From an uncultured Chloroflexia bacterium (GTDB lineage Bacteria > Chloroflexota > Dehalococcoidia > UBA2979): DNA of 64,000 nucleotides. The stretch spans positions 320,001-384,000 of the forward strand of contig CAVSIV010000002.1 in the NCBI GenBank assembly GCA_963728205.1, given 5' to 3'. Below, one piece after another: positions 1 to 9,624 of the stretch. Under the pieces are notes generated by a model. The model was not told the origin of the DNA, ran no database searches, and worked only from the letters and a program-made list of their open reading frames with translations. Each line of letters opens with the position of its first letter. Position 1 is the stretch's first letter. The translations under genes and the position numbers were made by a program.

Positions 1-530
1 GCGAGGCGGCGGTGATGCTCCTCCTCTATCCGCACGAGGATCACGACTGCGTCGTGTTTCAGCTCCGTACCCACCACGTCGCCCACCACCGCGGTGAGAT
101 CTCACTGCCCGGCGGCTCCCGTGACCCCGAGGACGCATCGCTGCGCCACACCGCGCTGCGCGAGACGTACGAGGAGATCGGCGTGCCGCCGGAGGCGGTG
201 GAGGTGCTCGGGCGCCTCGACGACACGGTGACCCGCGGGTCGAACTACCGCATCACACCGTTCGTCGGCGTCGTGGACAGCACGGCCGGCGCCGTGGCCT
301 CCGCGCGCGCCGTGCGCGAGGTGACGTCGCTGATCTACGTGCCGGTCGCGCACCTGCTCGCCGCGGAGTCGCGCGCGTGGAAGGTGGTGGACCAGGACGG
401 CGTGCCGTCGGCGACGCCGGCGTTTCGCTTCGACGAACACCTGATCTGGGGCGCGACGGCGCGCATCGTCACGCAGTTCGTGTCACTGCTCGGCGGCGAG
501 CCGTTCCCGCCGGACGAGCCGGCGCCGTGA
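1..530 (+). CDS. Nudix hydrolase, CoA pyrophosphatase (NudL/Pcd1-like), 5' truncated by window edge
   Basis: UPF0035-like LRTHHVAHHRGEISLPGG followed by Nudix box ..ALRETYEEIG, ITPFVG and IWGATA; frame is open to the window start. Confidence 0.85.
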   Translation, partial: EAAVMLLLYPHEDHDCVVFQLRTHHVAHHRGEISLPGGSRDPEDASLRHTALRETYEEIGVPPEAVEVLGRLDDTVTRGSNYRITPFVGVVDSTAGAVASARAVREVTSLIYVPVAHLLAAESRAWKVVDQDGVPSATPAFRFDEHLIWGATARIVTQFVSLLGGEPFPPDEPAP

Positions 531-1144
531 CGCTCATCCTCGTGCGGCACGGCCAGTCAGAGGGCAACGCGTCCGGCATCGTGCAGGGCTGGCTCGACGT
601 GCCGCTCAGCATGCTCGGCCGCGCGCAGGCGGCGGCGACCGCGCGCCGGCTCGCGGACGAGCCGCTGGCCGCCGTGTACAGCAGCGACCTGCTCCGCGCG
701 CGCGAGACCGCCGCGGCGGTCGCCGCGCCGCACGGCCTGCCGGTGACGCCGGTGCCGGAGCTCCGCGAATACGGGTGGGGCGAGGCGCAGGGCCTGCGCT
801 GGGCGGAGATCGCGGCGCGCTGGCCGCACGACCCGGAGGAGTGGGGCGCCGGGCACATCCCCGGCGAGGAGGGCGGCGTCGCGTTCGGCGCACGCATCGG
901 GCCGGCGTTCGAGGCGCTCGCCGCGAGTCACCGGGACGACCTGGCGGCGGTCGCGATCCATGGCGGCACGATCCTGCAGATCGTCGCGCACGTGCTGGGC
1001 CTGCCGCCCGGCGCGCGCGCCCGCGCGGCGGTCCCCAACTGCGGCCTCACGACGATCGCGGCGGGCGGCCCGTCCGGCGACAGGCACGTGATCGTCGGGC
1101 TGAACGACTGCGCGCACCTCGAAGCCGTGACGGTCGCGGAGTAG
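527..1144 (+). CDS. Histidine phosphatase (phosphoglycerate mutase) family protein
   Basis: GTG at 527 overlaps the upstream stop (GTGA); motifs LILVRHGQS, YSSDLLRARETA, LREYGWG and AIHGG. Confidence 0.9.
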   Translation: MTLILVRHGQSEGNASGIVQGWLDVPLSMLGRAQAAATARRLADEPLAAVYSSDLLRARETAAAVAAPHGLPVTPVPELREYGWGEAQGLRWAEIAARWPHDPEEWGAGHIPGEEGGVAFGARIGPAFEALAASHRDDLAAVAIHGGTILQIVAHVLGLPPGARARAAVPNCGLTTIAAGGPSGDRHVIVGLNDCAHLEAVTVAE

Positions 1145-1176
1145 CCCGCGCCGCGGCCGGCCGGCCGGCGCGCGCC

Positions 1177-2043
1177 CTACGTCAGCAGGTTGCGGCTTGC
1201 CACCGTGATCGACGCGGTGCGCGCGAAGTCGCGCGCCTCCTCCGCCTCCCGGATCAGCCCGTCGCCCGTGACCTCGTCCTCGGGGAACGACGCGATGCCG
1301 GCGCGCACTTCCACGTCGAGCACCTGCTGTCCCACCGCCGCGAGCTTCTCGGCGACCACCTGCGCGCCGTCCAGCCCCGTCTCCGGCAGCAGCGCCGTGA
1401 AGTCTGCGCCGCCCATGTGGATCAGCGTGTCGACCGTGCGGAGTGCCTCCAGGTACTCGGTGCTCGCGCGCTGCACGAGCTCCAGCGCCGCGTCGTGCCC
1501 GTGCTCCTCGACGATCTGGCGCCAGTCGTCGGGCCCCACCGCGACGAGCGAGAAGTTGTGCGAGTAGCGCCGCGCGCGGCTCACCTCCTGCGACAGCAGG
1601 CGGTCGGCGTGCGCGCGCTTCATCGCGCCGGTCTGCGAGTCGATGGCCTGGACCTCCTCGATGACGCGCTGTCGGGCGCCGAGCTCCTCGTCGTAGGCGA
1701 TGATCGCGCGCCGGATCTGGTCGCCGAGGATCGCGGTGATCGCGATCGCGGCGACGCCCACGACGGCAGCCTGGAGGTCGGTGGAGTTGGCCGGGACATC
1801 GGGCGACGAGGCGCGCACGCCGTGCAGGCCCGCGTAGCCGAGGGCGAACAGCGCGGCGAGCGCGAGGTGGCTGCCCGGGAACGGGCGCCACACGGCGAAG
1901 CCCGCCACGACCGCCACGGCGATCACGCCGAGCGCGGCGGAGTCCCGCGCGGGATCGACGATCCCGATCGCGCCGGCGGCCAGCGCCACCCAGATCGCGA
2001 GCATGAACATCCGCAGCCAGAGGTCGCGGCTGTATTCGCTCAC
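1177..2043 (-). CDS. Membrane-anchored degenerate GGDEF protein, PelD-like putative c-di-GMP receptor
   Basis: GTG at 2043 with GGAGG RBS; about 4 N-terminal hydrophobic segments; GGDEF-fold sequence with RTVD I-site five residues before a degenerate GGADF. Confidence 0.75.
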   Translation of the reverse strand: MSEYSRDLWLRMFMLAIWVALAAGAIGIVDPARDSAALGVIAVAVVAGFAVWRPFPGSHLALAALFALGYAGLHGVRASSPDVPANSTDLQAAVVGVAAIAITAILGDQIRRAIIAYDEELGARQRVIEEVQAIDSQTGAMKRAHADRLLSQEVSRARRYSHNFSLVAVGPDDWRQIVEEHGHDAALELVQRASTEYLEALRTVDTLIHMGGADFTALLPETGLDGAQVVAEKLAAVGQQVLDVEVRAGIASFPEDEVTGDGLIREAEEARDFARTASITVASRNLLT

Positions 2044-2062
2044 CCGGTCCTCCCTGCGGTCA

Positions 2063-3697
2063 TCATCGGACGGGCTCGTTCTCCACGCGATAGACGCGGT
2101 ATGCGCCCGATTCGAACGCCAGCGCGCCGAGGCCGGCGCCGTTGTCGTACAGCCCCGGGTGGGCCGCTTCAAGCGCGCTCCGCGCTGCGCCCGGCGTCGG
2201 CCGCCGCACGAGCACGTACCCCACGACGCCGAACGGGTTGTACACCGCGGCCTCGTTGCCCGTGTCGGCTGCGGTCCGGAAGCGGTCGTACTCGCCGCTC
2301 AGCACCATCACCGGTGCAGCGCGCTCGATGTCGGCCAGCAGCTGGCCGGGCGCCACGTTCGCGTCGACCCAGCGCGCGGTGGCGGCCGCGTCCGGGTCGG
2401 GCGGCACCGGCCGCTGGTGCACGAGAGCGCCGAGGAACGCCGGCGCGGGAGCGTCGGTGGCGGGCAGGCGCGGGAGCACCGCCAGCTGCACCAGCGCCGC
2501 GACGATGAGCGGCGCGACGAGCAGCAGCTGCTGGCGGCGGTGGCGCGACTCGATCCGGCTCGGCACGACGCCGCGCGTACGGCGGTGCTCGACGTACGCG
2601 ATGGCGACGAACAGCGGCACCACCGCGACGAACAGGTGCGTGACGCGCGGCTGCCCGTGCCCGCTGAGCAACCCCAGGACCGCCGGCGCGAGCGCGGACG
2701 CGAGCACGGCGGCCACCGCCGCCGGCGCGCGCTCACGCCGGTATGCGGCGAACGCGACCAGCGCCGCGACGGCCGCGAACGACAGCGGCGCCACCGCCAG
2801 CGACCAGCCGCCCACCCACGCGACGACGCCGGCCGGGTTCGCGTGCAGCGTTGCCATGCGGTGCGCGAGCACGACGCTGTCGCCGGCGAGGCCGCTTAGC
2901 GCCGACGCGCGCGCGAGGAACTCGTCCAGGTGCCCGAACGGGAACCACGCCACGAGCGTCCACAGCCCGACCGCGAACGCGACCGGCGTGAGGAACGCGA
3001 GGGTCGTCGCCTGCGCGGCGTCCTCGCGCGCGAGCGCCGGCCCGCGGTTGCGCGCGATCCACCAGAAGCCGGCGGCCATCGCGGCGTCCACCACGGCCGA
3101 GTCGTACCGCAGCAGGAACGCCGCGGCCATCGCCGCACCGGCGCCGATCACGGCGCCGACGGAGTCGTCGCGCAGCCACTGGATGAACTGACCGCACGCC
3201 GTGAGCAGCAGCGCGGCATAGAGCGCGTCGGGCAGGCCGGTCGCGGCGCTGAACAGCAGCACCGGCTGCAGCGAGAAGGCCGTCACGAAGACGACGCGCG
3301 CCGGGCGCGCCAGCCCGCTGCGCCGGGCGATGCCCGCCGCCGCGAGCACCGTCGCCCCGCCCGCGACCGCCGTCCCCAGCGCGCCGGCCAGCGCGTCCGC
3401 GCGCAGCGTGCGGAACGCCGCGAACGGCAGCGCGAGCAGCGTGAGCAGTGGCGGTCGCTCCAGCCCGAACGCCAGCGGCGACGTGTCGTAGCCGTTCCAC
3501 AGCGCGCCCAGGTGCGCGGTCCGCGCGACCGCCTCAGGCGACGCGAGCCCGAGCCCGCCGACGGCGCGCACGGCGAGCGCGACGCACAGCGCCGACACCG
3601 CGAGCGCGCCCGCTTCGGCCGTGCCGAACCGCACCCGCGTCAGCGCCTCGCGACGAGGCGCCTGGCGCCCGCCGGCGAGCGTGCCGATCCGGCTCAC
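2063..3697 (-). CDS. Polytopic membrane protein, GT-C/PMT-ArnT-like putative glycosyltransferase or glycan-modifying enzyme
   Basis: 544 aa with about 10-12 hydrophobic segments, ERPPLLTLL and LLRYD motifs and a soluble C-terminal domain; same operon as the GT2. Confidence 0.55.
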   Translation of the reverse strand: MSRIGTLAGGRQAPRREALTRVRFGTAEAGALAVSALCVALAVRAVGGLGLASPEAVARTAHLGALWNGYDTSPLAFGLERPPLLTLLALPFAAFRTLRADALAGALGTAVAGGATVLAAAGIARRSGLARPARVVFVTAFSLQPVLLFSAATGLPDALYAALLLTACGQFIQWLRDDSVGAVIGAGAAMAAAFLLRYDSAVVDAAMAAGFWWIARNRGPALAREDAAQATTLAFLTPVAFAVGLWTLVAWFPFGHLDEFLARASALSGLAGDSVVLAHRMATLHANPAGVVAWVGGWSLAVAPLSFAAVAALVAFAAYRRERAPAAVAAVLASALAPAVLGLLSGHGQPRVTHLFVAVVPLFVAIAYVEHRRTRGVVPSRIESRHRRQQLLLVAPLIVAALVQLAVLPRLPATDAPAPAFLGALVHQRPVPPDPDAAATARWVDANVAPGQLLADIERAAPVMVLSGEYDRFRTAADTGNEAAVYNPFGVVGYVLVRRPTPGAARSALEAAHPGLYDNGAGLGALAFESGAYRVYRVENEPVR

Positions 3698-3703
3698 CGG
3701 GCG

Positions 3704-6700
3704 CTAGTCCCCGAGCCCCGCGGCCTCGATGCCGGACACGTTCGACAGGCCGTGAATCGTCTTCTCCCAGTAGAACGGCCGGTAGAAAAGCTGCAGGAAC
3801 CCCTTCCATGCGGCGATCGACATCAGCACCCAGTACACCGGCGACAGCAGCGCCCACTTCACGAGTGAGTAGTACCGCCGCCGCAGGCATCCCGCGACGT
3901 TCATGTACGCGAACGCGAAGTTCCCCGCGTACAGGGAGATCGCCCCCATGTAGAAGATCGGCGCGGGAAACAGCTGCTGGATCACTCCCCAGTGCGTGAG
4001 GAACCACACCCCCGTGAGCCCCCACAGCACCGGGTTGAGCAGGAACCCGAAGAACGTCCCGCCGATCACCAGCTGGAACGAGAGGAACCCGCTCGGCCCC
4101 AGCTGCTGCCACAGCAGCATCGGGTGCCGCATGTGCACCAGGTACGTCTGGATGTACCCCTTCACCCAGCGCGACCGCTGCCGGATCCAGTTGTCGAGGA
4201 CCGAGTTCGCCTCCTCGTAGGTCGTGGAGTCGACGACCGCGGTGGCGCCGCCCAGCTTGAAGATGCGCAGTCCGAGGTCGGCGTCCTCCGTGACGTTGAA
4301 CGGGTCCCAGCCCCCCACGGCGCGCAGCGCCTCGGTGCGGAAGTGGTTCGACGTGCCGCCCAGTGGGATCGGCGCCCCCGACGCGTCGAGGCCGGGCAGG
4401 AAGAGGTCGAACCACGTTGAGTACTCGGTGGTGAACCACTTCGTCAGGGCGTTCTGCGTGCGGTTGTAGTAGTTGAGCTTCCCCTGGATGCAGACGACGT
4501 TCTCAGCGGCGATCGAGAACGCGACGAGCACCTTCTTCAGCTGATCCGGCTCAGGGATGTCCTCGGCGTCGAAGATCACGACGTACTCGCCGCGCGCATG
4601 CAGCAGCCCGTAGTTGCAGGCCTTCGGCTTCCCCTTGGGCTGGCCGTCCGGAACGATCGTGATGTCGAAGGTCGACGGCAGATTCGAGTTGCGCGCGACC
4701 TGGATCGTCTCCGGGTCGTCCTCCTCCAGCAGCAGCTTCACGTCGAGCTTCTCAATCGGGTAGTCGAGCCGCGAGAGGCCCTTCACCAGCGCCGGCAGCA
4801 CCTCGGACTCGCGGTAGAGCGGCACGAGGATCGTGTAGACGGGCAGCGTGCGGTCGTCGAGCGCGTCGACCTGCTGGTCGGTCACCGGCACCTCGAGCGT
4901 GTGCGAGAGGGCGCGGTAGATCAGGTAGAACTTGTAGCTCGAGAATGTGAGGTAGAACCCCGTCGCGAGCGCCAGCAGCACGGTCAGCGTGACGATCGGG
5001 AAGAGGAGGAGCAGCGCGGCCAGCGCGGCGACGAGGCCGATCAGGAACACCTTCTGGCCGCGCGAGAGCACCTTGTACGCGGAATCCTCCGGCGCGCGAC
5101 GCATCAGGTCGCCGGCCGAGTGCTCGAGGTACTGCTCGTGGTACAGGCGCTCGAGCGCGTCGCGCACGTCGCTGCGCGTCGTCCCCACGATGTTCACGGG
5201 CCGGTCCAGCAGGGCGCGCGCCTCTTCGATGCCGCTCCGGTTGCCCGGGTCGGCGATCGCGAGCGTCACGATGCCGTCGTCGTCCACGCTCAGGGGCACG
5301 ATCTCCTGAGCGCGCACGAAATGCTCGGGCAGCAACTCCGCGATCTCGGGGTCGAGGTCCAGCCCGCGGATGGCGACGAAGGGCATGCCCTGCTGCGCCG
5401 CCAGCGCCTCGCCGAGCTGCTCCTCGGAGATGATGTCGAGCGAGAGCAGCGCCTCGCCGAGCCGCACGCCGGCGCGCTCCGAGAGCTCGAGCGCGCGGTC
5501 GAGGTCCGCGCGCGAGATTCGATCGGACTCGAGCAGCAGGTCGCCCACCACCTGGTAGCCGTGCGCGCGTTGAGCCGCCTCCACGATGTCGCTGCGCGTC
5601 GCCGGGCGCACCACGATCGGGACCCCGAGCAGCCGCCCCACCTCAGTGCGCGTGCGCTCGTCGAGCGGGTCGGCCATCGCGACGACGAGGTGCTCGCCCT
5701 CGTCGTGCACCGGCACGGCGCCGAGGCGGCGGGCGTCCGCGAGCTCGAGCCGCCGCGCCGCCGCGTGATCGACGGGATCGGCCAGCACGCGGCGCGTGAC
5801 GCTCACGCCGCCCTCCTCGGTCGTGTCGAGGCGGTCGCGCCGCGCCAGCTCCAGCGGGTCGACGTGCATGTACGCGCCCAGCGCGTCGCGCAGCTCGGTG
5901 CCGGAGAGCAGCTCGATCTGCCGCGCCGCGACGTCAACGGGCTCGGCCGTCTCCTGCATGCGCCGGATCAGCCCGAGCACGCGCACGCGCGGGATGTCGA
6001 GGCGCTGCTCGAGCACGCGCGCGAGCCCCTCGTAGGCGGCGGGGACGGCGGCGAAGTCGAGCGTCGCGAGGTCGATGCGCGCGGCATCGATGTCGTCCTC
6101 GCGCGCGACGACGAGCCGCACCACGCACTGGTGCGCGCCGGCCAGCTGCCGCGCGGCTTCCACGCGATCGGGCGAGGCGAACGCGACGGTCAGTACGTCG
6201 TCCTCGCACAGCAGCGGCAGCAGCGGAGGCGCGTCGGGGCCGACGGGCCGCATGCGCGCGGCGACCGGCTCCGGGCGCAGCAGCAGCTGGTGCACGCGCG
6301 GCAGCGCCGCCTCCAGCGCCACGGCCTCCGAGCGGCTGCCGTTCTCGACCAGCTCCCAGATCCGCGGCAGGTCCGCGGTGTCCAGGCGCGAGAGATCGAC
6401 GTCGACCGCGGCGGCGCCGGCTTCGTCGACGAAGCCGGCCTCGGCGAGCAGCGCGACGAGTCGCTCCGGGTCCCCGACGGCGAGCACGTCGCGCGCGTCG
6501 GACTCGGGCGCGAGCTCGAGGATCTCCTCGAGGTCGCGCTGCGTGACGGCGATCGGGCGGATGCGGCGGCGCAGGAACGCGGCGAGCCCGCGCCGCGCCC
6601 GCTGGTCCCACGGGTCGACCATCGCCACGCGCGCGTCGTCGTCGTCCATCTCGATCACCGCGCAGCGCAGCCGCCGCGCGAGCGCGCGCGGCAGGCGCCC

Positions 6701-7660
6701 GGCGACGCCACGGTCGACCTCCGCGAGTCCGGCGTACGCCTCGGCGCCGGCGCCGCCGAATCGCGCGGTCGCCTGGCGGATCTGCTCGTCGGTGATCCCC
6801 GCGAGCCGCTGGATCACGCGTTCGAACGGCTCGCGGGTGGCGCGCGCGATGTCACCGGCGGCCTGCATCTGCGCGGGCGTCGCGAGCCGGTAGTAGCGCA
6901 GCGCGCCGCGCAGGTCGACCGCGGCGCCCGCGTCGTCGGCGGGCAGCCCGCCGAGCCGGCGTGTCAACTCCTCGTGGCTCACGAGCAGCGGCCGCAGCGG
7001 CAGACCGAGCAGGAAACGCAGGCGCTCCATCACCTCGACCGACGGCGGCCGATTGATTGCGAAGAAGAGCTCGTCGCGCACGGTCCAGACGGGCAGCACG
7101 CGGAGCTCGGCGATGACGTCCGCCGGCAGCAGCGCCTCGAGACCCGCACGCACCGGGTGGTGACGCAGGTCGAGACTGGGGAGGTGGAATGCGAGACCGA
7201 CCGCTTCGAGTCGCTCCTCCTCGGTGAGGACGCGCGCGTCGACGAGCGCGGCGCCGAGGTACGGCTCCTCCTCCCCGCCGAGCACGTACATGTCGACCTG
7301 CTCCGGCGGGAGCACGCGCATCGCCTGCAGCACGACGGCCAGCGCGCGACGCCAGTCCTGCGCGGTGACGGTGCCGGTCGACGCGGCGAGCGCCAGGGCG
7401 ATCTCCGCGCGGCCGGCGGCGCGCACGCTGATCGGGCGCCCCAGCCGGCGGCGGAGTTCCTGCATCAGCTCCTGGTCGCGGGGTCGCGTGGTCGCGCAGA
7501 CCACGCCGTCGCGCTCCACCGAGAGCGGGATGACGTCGTGCTCGCGACAGAAGCCGATGCCGAGCTGCTGCACGAGCTCGGGTCGCGCGCGGAGCCGGCT
7601 GACGGGCACGTACAGCTCGGCCGTGCGGGCGGCATTCGATTCGAGGATTGAGACGGCCAC
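3704..7660 (-). CDS. Processive GT2 glycosyltransferase with six tandem GspE-N (T2SSE_N/MshEN) repeats
   Basis: GT2 motifs YTILVPLYRE, KPKACNYG, IFDAED, VTEDADLG and RQRSRW plus C-terminal TMs; MshEN-like motif RLGEALLSLDIISEEQLGEALAAQ; repeated VAMxDP-type subdomains. Confidence 0.9.
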   Translation of the reverse strand: MAVSILESNAARTAELYVPVSRLRARPELVQQLGIGFCREHDVIPLSVERDGVVCATTRPRDQELMQELRRRLGRPISVRAAGRAEIALALAASTGTVTAQDWRRALAVVLQAMRVLPPEQVDMYVLGGEEEPYLGAALVDARVLTEEERLEAVGLAFHLPSLDLRHHPVRAGLEALLPADVIAELRVLPVWTVRDELFFAINRPPSVEVMERLRFLLGLPLRPLLVSHEELTRRLGGLPADDAGAAVDLRGALRYYRLATPAQMQAAGDIARATREPFERVIQRLAGITDEQIRQATARFGGAGAEAYAGLAEVDRGVAGRLPRALARRLRCAVIEMDDDDARVAMVDPWDQRARRGLAAFLRRRIRPIAVTQRDLEEILELAPESDARDVLAVGDPERLVALLAEAGFVDEAGAAAVDVDLSRLDTADLPRIWELVENGSRSEAVALEAALPRVHQLLLRPEPVAARMRPVGPDAPPLLPLLCEDDVLTVAFASPDRVEAARQLAGAHQCVVRLVVAREDDIDAARIDLATLDFAAVPAAYEGLARVLEQRLDIPRVRVLGLIRRMQETAEPVDVAARQIELLSGTELRDALGAYMHVDPLELARRDRLDTTEEGGVSVTRRVLADPVDHAAARRLELADARRLGAVPVHDEGEHLVVAMADPLDERTRTEVGRLLGVPIVVRPATRSDIVEAAQRAHGYQVVGDLLLESDRISRADLDRALELSERAGVRLGEALLSLDIISEEQLGEALAAQQGMPFVAIRGLDLDPEIAELLPEHFVRAQEIVPLSVDDDGIVTLAIADPGNRSGIEEARALLDRPVNIVGTTRSDVRDALERLYHEQYLEHSAGDLMRRAPEDSAYKVLSRGQKVFLIGLVAALAALLLLFPIVTLTVLLALATGFYLTFSSYKFYLIYRALSHTLEVPVTDQQVDALDDRTLPVYTILVPLYRESEVLPALVKGLSRLDYPIEKLDVKLLLEEDDPETIQVARNSNLPSTFDITIVPDGQPKGKPKACNYGLLHARGEYVVIFDAEDIPEPDQLKKVLVAFSIAAENVVCIQGKLNYYNRTQNALTKWFTTEYSTWFDLFLPGLDASGAPIPLGGTSNHFRTEALRAVGGWDPFNVTEDADLGLRIFKLGGATAVVDSTTYEEANSVLDNWIRQRSRWVKGYIQTYLVHMRHPMLLWQQLGPSGFLSFQLVIGGTFFGFLLNPVLWGLTGVWFLTHWGVIQQLFPAPIFYMGAISLYAGNFAFAYMNVAGCLRRRYYSLVKWALLSPVYWVLMSIAAWKGFLQLFYRPFYWEKTIHGLSNVSGIEAAGLGD

Positions 7661-7672
7661 GCGACCGGCGCC

Positions 7673-7912
7673 CTACCGCCCGAACCGGGTGCGCAGCCGG
7701 GCGCGCACCCGCGCGAACTGGCGGATGCCGCCGCTCATGCCGAGCAGCGCGAGCGCGACCACGATGAAGATGAAGGGGAGTGTGAAGTAGCCGAGGAACG
7801 CGATCAGGAAGATCGCGAGGCCGGCGCCGATGAAGAAGCCGACACGGAGCAGCACCCAGCCCGCGGTGAGCACGTCGAAGACAAACCCGGCGAGGCCACG
7901 GCGCTGGGCCAT
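7673..7912 (-). CDS. Small membrane protein (79 aa, about 2 TM)
   Basis: Hydrophobic ORF with AAGGTGA RBS-like sequence, packed between operon genes with 9-12 bp gaps. Confidence 0.7.
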   Translation of the reverse strand: MAQRRGLAGFVFDVLTAGWVLLRVGFFIGAGLAIFLIAFLGYFTLPFIFIVVALALLGMSGGIRQFARVRARLRTRFGR

Positions 7913-7921
7913 GCGGTCACC

Positions 7922-9456
7922 TTACCTGTCGCCCTCGCCCGCGGCGAATGCGCGCCCGGTGTCGAGGCGAAGCTCGAGCTCGGAGCGCGACTCCGACACC
8001 AGGCTCCACGGGAAGGCGGTCAGGTCGTGCAGCCGCTGGACGAGGGGGATGACGTCCTCGTACTCGACGGCGAGGTGGAGCGTGCCCTTGTAGAAGCGCC
8101 GGACCCGCACGCTCTTCACGCCGCGCAGGGCGCGGGCGGCGGACTGGAACTCGTTGAGGGCGCCGAAGGATCGGAACGGGTAGACGACGAGCGTGACGTG
8201 CTCGGTGAGAGCGACGGCGCCGCCGGGGCGCTCGTCTACGCCGACCATGCGACCGTCGTCATCGGGGCGATCGTCCGCCGGCGCGGGCGCCGGTGTCGCC
8301 GGCTCGCGCAGCGGCGCGAGTTCGGGCGCGATGGGGGTGGGGGTTCCGGCCGCGTAGGCGAACGGCTCGTCGGCGGGTCGGCCGCGTCGGCGGCGTCGGC
8401 GGCGTAGGCCGCGTCCGCGGTGGGTTCCGCGTGCGGCCACGGCGCGGCGTACTCGGTGGCGGCGTCCTCGGTCGGCCACGCGTCGGTCCCCCGCTCGGCG
8501 GGCGCGAGGTTCTCGGCGTCCGGCGACTGCCATGCGCGCTGCTCGGGCTGCCCGCTCGGCTGGGGCGCCGGCTCGGCGGGCGCGACGGGCGGCGTCCACG
8601 TGACGGCGGCCGGGGCGATCGGCTCGCGCGGAGCGACGGGTGGACGCGGCGCCGCGCGCTCGGAGCGCGTGTCGGCGGCGGGCGCCGCGACGACGTGTGC
8701 AGGCTCGACGGGCGGCGCGGGCGCCCGTCGCGGTTCGCTCGCCGCGGGAACGAACGTCGACGGTGTGGCCGCCGCGGCACGAGGCTCGTCGGTCCAGGCG
8801 ATGCGCGGGCGCTGGCGCGGCGGCAGCACTTCGGCGATCGGTTCCTCCTCCACGGCGACGATCGCGCGGACGCGCGCCTCCATGCCGCCGGGAAGGGTCG
8901 TGCAGCTCAGGAGCTCAAATGCGTCGAGCGCGTAGAGCGCGCGCGAGAGGCATTGCACGCCGGGGGTGTGCACCGCGAGCCAGGCGTCGGCCAGGTCGCC
9001 GCCGCGGATCAGCGAGACCTCGGTGATCTCCGCGCCCTGCTCGAGGTCGCGCGCGAACCGCAGCAGCTCCAGCTGGTCCGCGAAGCTTCCGACGCGCAAC
9101 ACGACCGTCGGCGGCGCCGTCGGCTCCGCGGGCGCGTCCGGCGCCGGCGGCGCGGCAGGCGCGTCGAACCGTGCGACCGCCGCAATGGCGCGCGCGGTAT
9201 CCGCCGACGTCGCCGGCCCCGTCCACGCGTCGGCCTCCGCGAGCGGCGGCGTGTAGTCGCGCGTCGTGTACGTGCAGATGCACGGGCCGCCGTTCACGCA
9301 CCCCGTGCAGCAGAACGCCTCGCCGTCGAAGTAGACGGGCTCGCCCGCGAGCGGCTCCTCGCAGTTCGCGCAGAGCTCGGCTCCCACGGCGCCGTATGCG
9401 ATGGCGCCCGCGCGGTAGCGCTCTGCCTGAACGGCCCCGGGTGTGTTGTCGTCCAC
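7922..9456 (-). CDS. Cys-rich (metallothionein/TRASH-like) N-terminus plus two related alpha/beta domains joined by Pro/Ala linkers; frameshift near 8380
   Basis: CANC..FCCTGC..CIC motif in ORF 8236-9456; ORF 7922-8599 supplies the C-terminal domain VTLVVYPFRSFGALNEF; joining needs one indel. Confidence 0.6.
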
Positions 9457-9624
9457 GTGATCAGATTCGCACTGGCCCGTATGAGGGGCCGTAGAGCGAC
9501 CGTAAAGGTTGGGTAAACCCGGTCCCCCGGCCCGCGGTCACCGTAGTCGGTGCGTGGTGTCGGACATGGAACAGACGCCGGTCGACGCCTTACGGGATCG
9601 TCGCGACTTGCCGCGGGCCCTCAC

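Noticed and set aside
4598-7651. Very long antisense and alternate-frame ORFs (e.g. 1017 aa here, 760 aa at 14222-16504, 711 aa at 27213-29348)
   Set aside because: Shadow ORFs caused by high GC3; Arg/Ala-rich with no motifs
9457-9624. c-di-GMP riboswitch upstream of the polysaccharide operon
   Set aside because: No GEMM-I or class II consensus recognisable on either strand
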